Source of the DNA: Trichoplax adhaerens
Taxonomy: Eukaryota; Animalia; Placozoa
NCBI RefSeq assembly: GCF_000150275.1
Contig: NW_002060987.1
Span: 1 to 64,000, forward strand
DNA length: 64,000 bases
Direction of reading: 5' to 3'
Shown here: piece by piece, positions 52,965 to 64,000 of the stretch
How positions within the stretch are numbered: the first letter of the stretch is position 1
Layout of the letters: each line of letters starts with the position of its first letter
The notes under the pieces: generated by a model
What the model saw: the letters and a program-made list of their open reading frames with translations, nothing else
Databases searched by the model: none
What the model was told of the DNA's origin: nothing
Made by a program: the position numbers and the translations under genes

Positions 52965-54965
52965 ATGATAGTCAATTCTGTACCGCTACTTCTACCAATC
53001 ATTTTATTAGCCATATTGCAAATACCTATGGCTCGCTCGGTTTGTGATGTAATATTCACTAATCGATCCTCAGAAGATGGAATGGGAACTGATACCATTA
53101 GTAAGCTTAACAATGATCGTTATCACTTGATTAACTTACCTTTAAATTATAACGTAACTGTTCAGGTGGATGTTGGTGACGAAACACGGAATTTATATAT
53201 CATCAACTATTATATAGCAAATCTATATAAAAGTAACGCGCAAAATTTTGTGAGGCTTCCAACCGAATACATAAGGCTTTTAAGTGGATTGATAAGATGG
53301 CTTTTAGGTGTTAGAAGCAGTAAGGATATACTCAGTATAGATGTTCAACTTGCATGTGGCAATGAGAGTTTGAACCAAATTTTTAATGGCAGTTGCCAGC
53401 TTGTACCGAAGCGGGCCCTAAAAATCATGGCTGACTATTGGTTGGATAAGTTTCAAATTAATTGCAAGTCAGACGTACACTGTGTTGATCAAAAAATATG
53501 TATGCGTATGGATCCGAATTGCCCTCTTTATTGCAAGGAACATAATGGGCCTACCAAAATGGAAGAAGAGAAGACCCTATCCCCAATTAGCGTATTGTTG
53601 ATATATACAGCCTCTGTTTTGCTGCTCTTCAGATTCATTCTCTCGGTTTTCATGCATCCCACAAGTCCAAGTACGGCCATTATACAAGGTGAACAAATGA
53701 TTTGTACATCTCAATCACTTTCTCTCAGAGATACTTTGAAGCTAGTGACTTATCATTATGTTCCTGAGGGACAACATTATCAAGTACTACTCTTCCATTT
53801 GATAATAACTTCGATATGGATAATTGAATACTTTACTGGAGCGCTAGGTAGTTTTAGAGCAGATAATTTTCAAGTGTGGATTGAAGTTTTATGGTTCAAC
53901 TTACCGCGATTCTTTATTTGGACTATAATTATCTTCGTTAATACCTTACAAGGCATCATCGTTGCTGTCATTGCTGCTATAAGAAAAAAAACTGTACAAC
54001 ATTGTAACGACTACAAGAAAGCGAGTGATGATTGGTTTGCAACTTTTATTCATAAAGGATTCTTTTACAAAATTCTGTATTGGCTACAGTTGCACGTATT
54101 TATTTTCGCTATTTCTTTCAAAGTCAATGACTTTAACATAAAATCCAATCGCTTTTATAAATATTTTCTAACAATCTATTTTACGATGACATTCCTAACA
54201 ATATCTTACGTATTAGTGGATTTTGGTTTTATTGTTCTAGGTGCCATCATCTATGTCACTTCCTTTCAAAACACATCGATACCTTATCTTATAATCGGGT
54301 TACCGTTGAATATCGTTTTAATTGCTTTAATTCAAAATCACTTAGGTCAAAGACGATACTTGTTAGACTTATTCAACAAAGTGAATGCAACAGATATTCC
54401 AGTATATATTAAAACTAATCAAAGACAAAACAAAGTCTTGATGAAAGTTTCTCGTAACGCAGTTCCGTTCACTAAACAGTTAGAACATTTCTTCCGACAG
54501 AAAAAAACTGGAAAAGATGTTACAAATGAGTATTTTATATTTAACGAAAGAAGTTCTGATGAAACAATAAGCGAATTAGCTGAGATAATACATTGGGAGG
54601 ATGTTGGATCAAACTTTGAAATTGTTGAAAATTGGAACGGGCAGAAGTGGATAAGATCATCTATTTATAAATCAGCAGTTGACGCTTCAGGTATTGCAAG
54701 TGTAAAAAAACTGTTTGTAGACTGTCTTATTCTAGTATGTATTGAAATTGCCTATTTTTTAATAGTATCTATAGTCAACGATGAAAACATCGATTCAGTA
54801 CGCAGTATTATTGGTGGTGTATTAATACCTTATATTTCTATAGTTGTTGCTATTTTTATTACACGTACATCTACAAATGAAACATCTGATAAAAGAACTA
54901 TCTGTAAACTTATAGCTAAAGACATAGATTATTTAAAAGCAACAGCTATTGTATCCGAAGTGTAA
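52965..54965 (+). CDS. Intronless uncharacterised multipass membrane protein (666 aa from the first ATG): signal peptide, Cys-containing ectodomain, about 8-9 TM helices
   Basis: 2-kb uninterrupted ORF in AT-rich DNA. Signal-like MIVNSVPLLLPIILLAILQIPMARS and several hydrophobic segments. No family recognised. Confidence 0.82.
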   Translation: MIVNSVPLLLPIILLAILQIPMARSVCDVIFTNRSSEDGMGTDTISKLNNDRYHLINLPLNYNVTVQVDVGDETRNLYIINYYIANLYKSNAQNFVRLPTEYIRLLSGLIRWLLGVRSSKDILSIDVQLACGNESLNQIFNGSCQLVPKRALKIMADYWLDKFQINCKSDVHCVDQKICMRMDPNCPLYCKEHNGPTKMEEEKTLSPISVLLIYTASVLLLFRFILSVFMHPTSPSTAIIQGEQMICTSQSLSLRDTLKLVTYHYVPEGQHYQVLLFHLIITSIWIIEYFTGALGSFRADNFQVWIEVLWFNLPRFFIWTIIIFVNTLQGIIVAVIAAIRKKTVQHCNDYKKASDDWFATFIHKGFFYKILYWLQLHVFIFAISFKVNDFNIKSNRFYKYFLTIYFTMTFLTISYVLVDFGFIVLGAIIYVTSFQNTSIPYLIIGLPLNIVLIALIQNHLGQRRYLLDLFNKVNATDIPVYIKTNQRQNKVLMKVSRNAVPFTKQLEHFFRQKKTGKDVTNEYFIFNERSSDETISELAEIIHWEDVGSNFEIVENWNGQKWIRSSIYKSAVDASGIASVKKLFVDCLILVCIEIAYFLIVSIVNDENIDSVRSIIGGVLIPYISIVVAIFITRTSTNETSDKRTICKLIAKDIDYLKATAIVSEV

Positions 54966-56094
54966 TTCAAGAAATTGGAAAATCTTCTAAGTTTTTAGAT
55001 AAAATGAAGCTTCGGTGAACGTATATTGATAGATGCTTTTTACCTATTTGAAAGTAAAGTATGTTTATACATAATTATAGATTGCCCGTAATATGTAATA
55101 TTTAGATTGTACTACAGTGTAAATGTCTTACTACAGGCATTTAATATTGTTCTTAAATTCTGATTTGGTATCTATTGTATCTAATGCTACGATACTATTT
55201 CCTGCATGCATTCTATTCCTAAAGCTCTAAATACCATCGCTTTCCGCCTTAGAAATCATTAATTACAATAGTTACAATGTTCGTATTTCCTTACGTTACT
55301 TCACGACAGTTTACATACTGCTCTACTGTAACTACCACATTGTGCACCATTATCGTCTACAATAAAGCCACCTTTTCTTCTTCATGCTAAAACCCTTGTG
55401 TATTTCTCTGCATCGCAACTAAATCTGGTACTGGTGACTCATTGAAGCCTCCATCACGAACGATAGTTCTAAGAGGAACTGTTACTGCTTGCTTTTGCTT
55501 TGGATTAAATCGTATTTAATCGTATTACAAAGCAGAATATTTTAAGATCGGAGAATGCTCATCTTTGTCGCATATAAACTACTCCTGTAATTACGCGTAT
55601 GGCTGATAGAGCTACTGTTGTAGCCGATAGTCACACAAGTCAATATCTCAATTTGTGTAACTCGAATTTTGTTCCAAATAACTGTTAATAAGTTCAATTA
55701 ATGCTTGATTGAATATCAAATAAGACTTAAAAATAGGTAAGCCAGTGTTGGGTTAATGAATTAGCTTCCGGTTAGAATTACTAGTACTGTATATTGTCGA
55801 TTAGTACGGTATACTGTCATTTACTGTACAGTAGTTATACTATAACTAGTATGAAATCTGTCGCGTTGCTGACGGATGAACACCTTAATTAGGAATCTGC
55901 AAGACATTGAGATTTTAGATGCTGATTGTCTAAAGCTACTGGTAGTAATGCTATCCTGAACTGCCTCTTTGCCCAACTGTTGAATAACACTGTGCACTTA
56001 TTTATACATTTGTTAGCAAGAATATAAAATTCAAGAACAATTATAGGGCGGGAAGGTGAGATTACAAATCCGTCCGTAATCGGTCCGAAATACG

Positions 56095-56150
56095 GTACTG
56101 ACGTATAGTGTACAGTACTGTATACTGTATAGTGTTAATAGATACTGTAG
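56095..56150. repeat. ACAGT/ACTGT cluster upstream of REV3L
   Basis: GTACAGTACTGTATACTGTAT about 450 bp upstream of the ATG at 56590, with a second small cluster at 55783-55832. Confidence 0.7.
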
Positions 56151-56589
56151 ATCAAAATAACAACACTGGTTCTATCCAATCTTCGTGAATTAAAGTTTGC
56201 TACTGTTGCACTCTTCCAAGTTGGTTCTAACCTGATCATTATTGTTATTATTACCTGGTAATCATTACTTTTTCTACTACTGTATCGATGAATTGGATAA
56301 CTAGATACTGGAACTAGATACTGGAACTGAGCTGTCTTTCTCTTCCTTTATGGTAATTATGGTACAGTGGGATTGATGTTGAAATTATTTTTATTATTCA
56401 GATTAATGATAATATCAGTTATCCTTCCAAGAATGCATTGAAATCCAGTTGATGTCGATCCAATTGATGTATATTGCAAAATTTCAACGCCTTGTATGCT
56501 TAGAATAGGATTTACTTAGGACAATGCTATATAAAAAAGACACAGGCTCAAGGACCTAGTAAGATAAACCAGCTCAGTTAAGATCGACC

Positions 56590-59500
56590 ATGTTTTCAAG
56601 TAGAATTGTCGCTGCTGATTTTTACCTCGCCAAACCCATTCAAAAATTGGATGCATGTTACTCGGATTTTCGACGATGCCCAACCAAACGAGTTCCGGTC
56701 GTTCGAATATTTGGTGCTACACCGGCTGGCCAAAAGACTTGCCTTCATGTACATGGCGTTTTCCCCTATCTTTATGTCCCTTATGATGGTAGTCTGCCTG
56801 TTAGTAAATACTTATTAGAGTTTGCTAATAGCATCGATAAAGCTATTCATGTCGCTACCGGTGTCAAATCAACCGATCAGGATACATCGAATATGGCTTG
56901 GCAACAAGTCGTTTTTAAAATAGCCATCGTCAATGGAATGTAAGAATCAAATTGATTACTAATAATGTGCTACAGGTTTCTATATGGTACTATCGTAAGA
57001 CTAATGTATTGTATATTACTGTCGTGTTCTTTACTTGACTACTGTATCTGAAGTGCATACTTCAGTGCAGTTTGAAAGAATTTCGAGCAAACTGCTATTC
57101 TAGACTCATTTTGTTATTGCTATTCTGCAGGCCCATGTATGGATACTACAACGAAGAAAAACAGTTTATGAAGATTTATTTATATAATCCAAATCTAGTA
57201 GGGAAGTAAGTTAGAACGATCTCGGATAGTTTTGTGTAAAAAGGATACCAAGTACAGACATGCAGTTACTCTGTGCTTCATATATCGAATGTAATATGCT
57301 CGCTTCTTACGCTTCAATAGGCTAAGGTAAAGAGTTACGTTATGTTCTTTGCATATATGGTACCCATGACATTGAGCTAATGCCACTTTGAGTCTTTCTG
57401 CTGCGTTGAAAGTTGCAGAATAGACGATAATAATAGATAGCAATTCTAATCAATCGTTCACTTTACCTGTAGTTACATGAAACGTTAGACCTTCGTATTA
57501 AGAATGGTAGACAACTTTTGACCTAGTGAACTGATATTTATTAATTATTGTAACAGGGTTGCAGAGTTATTATTAGCCGGTGCTATCATGAATAAAGTCT
57601 TTCAACCGCACGAATCGCATATTCCATTCATTTTGCAAGTAAGTCACAATATGACTCAACTGATTGTATTGGAAAATGGTTGCTTAATAACATTAATGAT
57701 GATTCCAGTAAATATCAGTTAAGAATACTTACTAATTTTTGTGTTGCAGTTTTTCATCGATTATAATTTATATGGGATGAACTTAATCAAGCTTGCTGTT
57801 GTTAAATTTCGCGCCCCATTGAATGAAGATAGTGAGTATTTCAGAATTGATTTAGTACTAATCGATTTCTAATCGGCCATAATAGGATAGTTTTCTCAGC
57901 ATAATAAATATCGTACCAAATATTATAGGCATTCACTATATTAGCCCTGTAGGTGAAACACCTCGTACTCCCATGATGTCTTCCTCGGCAGTAACTGGAT
58001 ACTCTCCTTATCGTAGCCCTGGACATAGAATTTGGAACAACGCATCCATTCCAGCGTAATTGACTAGCATTGTATAGTTGTTTTAGTCTTTTGCAGAATG
58101 TCATTTACTAATTCGTGATTTGTATTGCCATGATTCCATCTTTTGATCGTATTAATGTTTCAAAAATGTGTCGATAATTAGGAATCTGATGACATCATAC
58201 GAAGCTGAACGAATGAGTACTTGTGAACTGGAAGTCGATTGTGTTGCTGCAGATATTATTAACAGGCTAGACTTGGAAGGTGACTGTAATTAAAAGGGCT
58301 TTCATTATCTTGAATTTTGATAATGTGTTTCTGGTGTTTAAGCTACTGTTTAAAATTACTATCTAAAACTTCCATCTGTATTTGGCATAGCTACAAAGGG
58401 AATAAATCCTGGTATTAAAGCAATATGGGATGACGAAATTCAACGTAGAAAGAATAAAGGCGAATCCTCACAGCTAACGCCGCCGGCTTCTCAAGGTAAA
58501 ATTGATTAAAGTGACCATTAGTTTGTCTATTTTTCGTGGTGTAATTATTAGGTGCTATGGCAGTGGTAATGAATGTTTAACATTACTTTGTTTTCATTTT
58601 GCAAGAGCGCTGCCCAACTTACGAAGACTCATCTGAAATAGAATTTAAAAGAATAGTTGCTGCAGCGATTAAGCAATTTGAAAATGAGCAAAGGTAGCGA
58701 ACTGACAATTGTATATCTGACGAAATTAGCATATGTTCGGTCTAGGTAATTTATTGGAAACTTGTTCAGCAATCTTCGTATAATGTGAACTTTACTCGGT
58801 TATGTTTTAGCCAGCAGGATGCGAATGTCAGCTTGGATAGTGATCAGTTAGAATTATCGCAAATCGGTTCTACCCCTTCCTGTCAAATTGAGATTCACTC
58901 GACAAGTTTGAACTCCAATAAAGGTATTGCTAGCTGTAGGAATAATATAAAATTAAAACATTGGGCAAATAATTCTTAAATTATGCAGCTTTGATATAAA
59001 TTTTTGTTGTGAATCCGGACTTTAGAAGTCAACTCCATAATTGAGCATACTGACTCTGCGATCAATGATAATGCTGTAGGAGAAACTGACGTATCTTATC
59101 GGCGTAAGATCCTCCGTTAAACTTTTGTGTCTATTATTTATTACTAACATGTGTTTGTGGTATGCAATTATATGGTAAACTTTCGAAAACTTGTCTTTAT
59201 AGGGTCCGAAGTTTCAATGGACTCTGAACTGGTGGATCTTTTAGCCCATCTTGGCAGTAGTAACGACACTAATAGCCTATTTAGCAGTAGCCAATTAAAT
59301 GATATAAATTCACAAGATGAAGTTAGCATTTTCAGCGGAAGTGGTAGAATGGAAGTAGATGCTAGTAAAGAAGACAATGAATTGATAAAATGTGATGATG
59401 ACGATGAAGCGTTGTTAATGTCGCAGATTTGGACGTTAGATGCTTTTAACAATAACGATACTGTTGTTAACACCGGTGTACAAAGGTAAATATCGTGTCT

Positions 59501-62500
59501 CAAATTACTGTTGCTTTGCATGCTTATCCAATGCACATTGTTTTTATTTTGCTAACGGTCAATCGAAAGGTGAAAAATATAACAATTCTGTGTAATTTGT
59601 CTAGTATTGCAGTAGACAGCGAGCGATCTTTTTCGTTTGTGGAAGAAAATACGCTTATAGAACAAGTTGATGGTGAGGATGATTCTGATAAAGAAGTAGA
59701 AAAGAATACAGCAAAATCGTTAAAGTTAAAATCAAATCGAAAAACTAACGAATGCGGTAATTCTATGACAAGAAATGTGAGCGGTACCACATCAGGTTTG
59801 AATATTTTACTAACCTAGTCTAGCTGATGTACTATTACGTAGTCACATATATTATTGTACCCACAGTGAATGAGTATAATACATTGATCCTGAGCTAAGA
59901 TAGAACGAATACTTCAGTACAATTGTAATACTGGAGTTTGTATCCTAACATGGCTAGAAATGGAATTAGGATTAATTGAGCGCTTTCCTACACAAGCTGT
60001 GATTATTCCTATAATAATTTAGAAATTTTGTGTATAGATGTTATTAAATCTAAAAGGAAATATATAGTCAACGATGACCAAATGGAAACGAACCTGACAA
60101 ACGTCAAGAAGAAAGTTGCAAGAAATTTATACAACGACTTTTCTGTTGATGAGAAAGCAAGAAAGACGGAAGAGATTACGGTGAACCAATCAAATAATTC
60201 CTCAGAAGTCATAAAACATGGAACGGAGATGAAAGTTAATTTTGGTTCCAATTCTTTTTATATTTACTTAAATGATATGGGCATTAATACCGATACTTTA
60301 GGTTATGAATTGAAGACAGCTAATAAAATAGAATCTAATCAAGAAGAATTAGTGAAGAATCTTTCAGCTGCTGTAACACCATTTGTGCAATGCAACCTTA
60401 ACAGCGAGAACAATCTGAGCAATGATATCGATCATACTTTAATCTCAGAAAATAAGTTATCGGTTATCGAAGATACTATTAGCCACGATAAGATTGGAGA
60501 AAATAGAAGTTTCGTTGACGATAGTAGTGATATCGAAACAAACACGTGTGATGTCTTGTATAAATTATCATTTTTATCGCCTACTTACCCTATGAGTCCT
60601 ACCGAGACACCACCAAGACCATCTACTCCAGATTTTGGTATAGATAGCTTAGCAGTTGGAGGTTATGTGGATGTTGACAGATTGAATGATATGCCACTGA
60701 AATCAAATGAAAATAGCGCATCTTTTGTGTCGGTAAAAGTGGAAAGACAAGATGATGATGCTTCTGGCAACTTTGATCTGCGTCCTGGCTTAGACAGCAC
60801 AGTTACTGAAACATCAATAGAATTAAAGCCAGCCAAAAGTTCTCTACCAGTAGCAGTATCAGCTATTACAAATGAAGATAAACTTCAAGTAGTTAAGCTG
60901 GATGTACGACCTGGATTCATCAATGACTGTGAAAGTGCTCAGAAGGAGATAGATGGAGGCGAAATTTCGGGGCGATTATTATCTATGACGAAAGATTGCG
61001 AGGACGTCACGGTAGCGATGGAAATACCATCAAAAGAAGATTTTGATACACAGAAGAATCTTCAAGCTACGATAGGACATAGTTCTTCGTCAAATCCGTA
61101 TGATTATGAAAATGATGCAGAAGAGAAGGGAAAGATGGAAAAAAATGTTGAGAATTTTCTTGTAAATTATCAGCAATTAAAGGATGTTTGTGATAATTCA
61201 CTGAAAGATCAATGTAATGTACTTAAATATTATTACAATCCACCGCAGCGACATGAGATCAGTAGTACTCTATCAGACTACGGGCTACCTCATGCCAAGT
61301 ATCAAGAACCATTTTATAGCAACGCGGAAGACTTACCAAATATGTCTATGTAAGCGAAGTACATATTAAAGAACGATGTTATATCGACCTAATGTTATGT
61401 AATGATTCTAGTTTAACTAACTCTGCTTTTTGATTTTTCTACAGGGAAGTAGGGAGTATGGCGTTAAAAGTCAAATCATGTATAGTAAGTATGGTATCAT
61501 TTTCAATTGTTGTTCTAAATAGATCAGATTGTTGATAATTTTTTTAATAAATTGGCAGATAGAAAATCTGACTGAATTTGATACTGGGTGCTCGCTTTCG
61601 TTTATGTTGGGTTTAAATCAGTGGCAATCTATTCTATTTATTAATCATCCAAAAGTAGATGAAACATTAGCCCATTTAGCATGTCGGTCTTTACCTGATA
61701 TAAGTTACGAGATGCATAAAAATTTTATTGCTCGCGATGCTATCCTTGGCGATAGAAATGTTATAGTTATCCCAAGCCTAGAACCTCCAACACGAAATAG
61801 CGTTGAAAAGTGGATAACTGATAAAAGTTATGGTATCAAACGAAAGCAATCTTGCATCGTAGACGTTGATAATCTGGACTCCAGTGTAGTTGGCGATGGT
61901 GCTAAAAAGCAGAAATCTGTTCAGTTTGACAAAATATGTCATCAGGTGGGAGATTTTACGCAAGACCCTTCAATGATTAGTGCTATTCTCAATGAGAGTA
62001 CGCGTGAAAGCTCATCACCCGCCAGTCAATTATCTACAAGTACGAAAAATTTAATCACTGATAGTGAGAAGTTCCTGATTCCCTCCCCTTGCTCAAAATC
62101 TTCGTTATCAAATTCACCTAAAACTGGATCAATAACTGATAATAAACCAATGGTTAATATTGCTGGAGACGCGTACGTCAAAGGAGATTTTAATTGTTCT
62201 CCTCGCACACCGCTTAGTAAGGAATCAATACATGACAATAACCTCAAATTTAAACCAAAGGATAGAATATTTACTGCCACTGAAATGGTAAAAGAGTTAC
62301 GCATTATTTTTTTATCGTAATATTATCATGTGAATCAGCGTTATACCTTTTGCTTCGATAAATCATGCTAGGACTCTGTACAGAAGTTTGGGCGTCGTTT
62401 AGCTGCAGATTCACAAATTGAAGGCCCATCTCCAAAAAACACATATGACTTTCGTATTAGCCAACATAATCCAGACACTGCGAAGGCTGTTCATGAAGTA

Positions 62501-64000
62501 CATTATTCTTGCAATTGACAAAGTACTTGGTTAGACTGTAATTAATTTGAGTTCTGTTTATTAATAAGTACAACATCTAACAATAATGAGCATAGAATTG
62601 CATATAGAACGAGAGCGAAGCTAAATCCTGATCCGGAATGTGATCCAATACGCGTATTATTCTATCATTTATATCGTGATATTCCACGTAGTTCACATCT
62701 TAAGAATTCCTTTTCTGGTATGATTATTGTTGATCCAAGCCTGTACGACAGGGAGAGTTCAGTACAAGCTGATTCAAAAGGATCATTCGATATTAAATGT
62801 AACGATTCAATTACGCTATGTGAAGGTTTCAATTCTGATGATAGTTTATTCACGTCTCCTGATGAGAAGAAGTCTAATCGTAGCGGTCGTGTAATGGACG
62901 TATTAAATTTAAGTGGTAGAAGTAGAATGCTTGATAAATGTGGCGTGACAAATGCTTGGGTAGAATATGTACCTGATGAAGATAGCCTTTTGAAGTCTTT
63001 AGGATTAGTTATGAAAAGGTGCCTATTAGTAAATTTAACAAAATGTACGATATTAAAATTCCGGATTTTGATATCGCATCCGGCAGCATGTTAATTACCT
63101 TGCAACTGACATTTAGATGTTTTCCTTCTTTAGTTATAATTTAGTTTCATAAACAATTTTAATTACAATTGTTATTTGTATGTATAGCTGGGATCCGGAT
63201 ATTCTAATTGGCTATGAGATTCAAATGCTTTCATGGGGCTATGTATTCGACAGAGCTAAATTTTTGAAAATCGGTTTAGCGCCTAGATTGTCGCGTATTC
63301 CTGAACAAAAAATTAGATCCCAAATTGAGTTAACTGATAATTCACTCGCTCGTTATAAAACAGACTTATTTGTAATCGGTAGAATTTTATTGAATGTGTG
63401 GCGAATAGTTCGAAGCGAAGTAAGTTTTACATGTAATAAAATGTACTGTTTTGACGATTGGGTAAATGGTATGCTATTCATGTATCATTAAGGATAATGG
63501 ATAACCATTTTAATTGACTTCAGGTTACATTGAATATTTATACATTTGAAAATGTTTCATACCATGTATTACATCAAAGGGTGCCTCATTATTCCTTTGA
63601 AACATTAACGGAATATTTTAATCAAGACTCTCACAGGTAAATGCGAATATCTGTTAAAATCCTATAGGATATAGGCGTTAGTAAGCCAAGAGTAGATTTG
63701 TACATTTTCGGTATGTAATATCTGTTGGCTCTTATAGGTGGAAGACAATTGAATATTATCTAATGCGCTGTCGGAGCAATTTTTTATTGTTGAATGAATT
63801 GGATACGGTCGGTTTAACTAGTGAATTTGCAAGACTTTTTGGAATTCCGTTTTATTCCGTTTTATCAAGGGGAAGTCAAGTAAGACTGGAAAAGCAATAT
63901 GAACATCACATTAAAAACACTATATCGATCTTATGGGATACACAGAATGATATCTTCTCCAATTTTAATAATTTAGTTCCGAGTAGAATCCATGATGTTG
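56590..64000 (+). CDS. REV3L: DNA polymerase zeta catalytic subunit, multi-exon, runs off the window
   Basis: MFSSRIVAADFYLAKP...VPVVRIFGATPAGQKTCLHVHGVFPYLYVPY, QPHESHIPFILQFFIDYNLYGMN, STCELEVD, NPGIKAIWDDE, YQEPFYSN, SQIEGPS, WDPDILIGYEIQMLSWGY, GRILLNVWRIVRSE, TSEFARLFGIPFYSVLSRGSQFRVESMML. Apparent 1-bp indels near 62568 and 62605. Confidence 0.96.

Noticed and set aside
56299-56328. 13-bp tandem repeat AACTAGATACTGG x2
   Set aside because: A simple two-copy slippage duplication with no further structure.
59168-62304. Minus-strand ORFs overlapping REV3L exons (and similar antisense ORFs over the GH31 and ANK-DUF4246 genes)
   Set aside because: Antisense shadows of real coding exons.

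Overview
This is the left end of a compact, AT-rich, intron-dense animal chromosome. The TTAGGG-type telomere, short introns, ACAGT microsatellites and gene content suggest the placozoan Trichoplax; that assignment is my inference. Bases 1-341 are the (CCCTAA)n telomere. The subtelomere (about 3.4-17.6 kb, with two N gaps) holds three tandem copies of an intronless ankyrin + DUF4246 (2OG-Fe(II) oxygenase-like) gene, a horizontal-transfer candidate. Only the innermost copy is intact, and each copy is followed by a decayed duplicate of the last exon of the neighbouring LSD1/KDM1A gene. The unique core contains KDM1A (-), TMEM181 (+, with a U12-type AT-AC intron), RWDD1 (+), a very large membrane-anchored mucin-stalk/double-GH31 alpha-glucosidase (-), RCAN (-), tRNA-His(GTG), an intronless orphan multipass membrane protein (+) and the 5' part of REV3L (+). 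The main findings are: (1) the amplified subtelomeric ANK-DUF4246 cassette with KDM1A 3' relics and a mosaic, gene-conversion-like identity pattern; (2) a first GH31 domain that lacks its catalytic nucleophile (WINKNE instead of WIDMNE); (3) an intron layout in that gene that fits integration of a circular intron-free copy; (4) ACAGT/ACTGT clusters next to gene 5' ends. Exon boundaries were read by eye and are approximate where stated.
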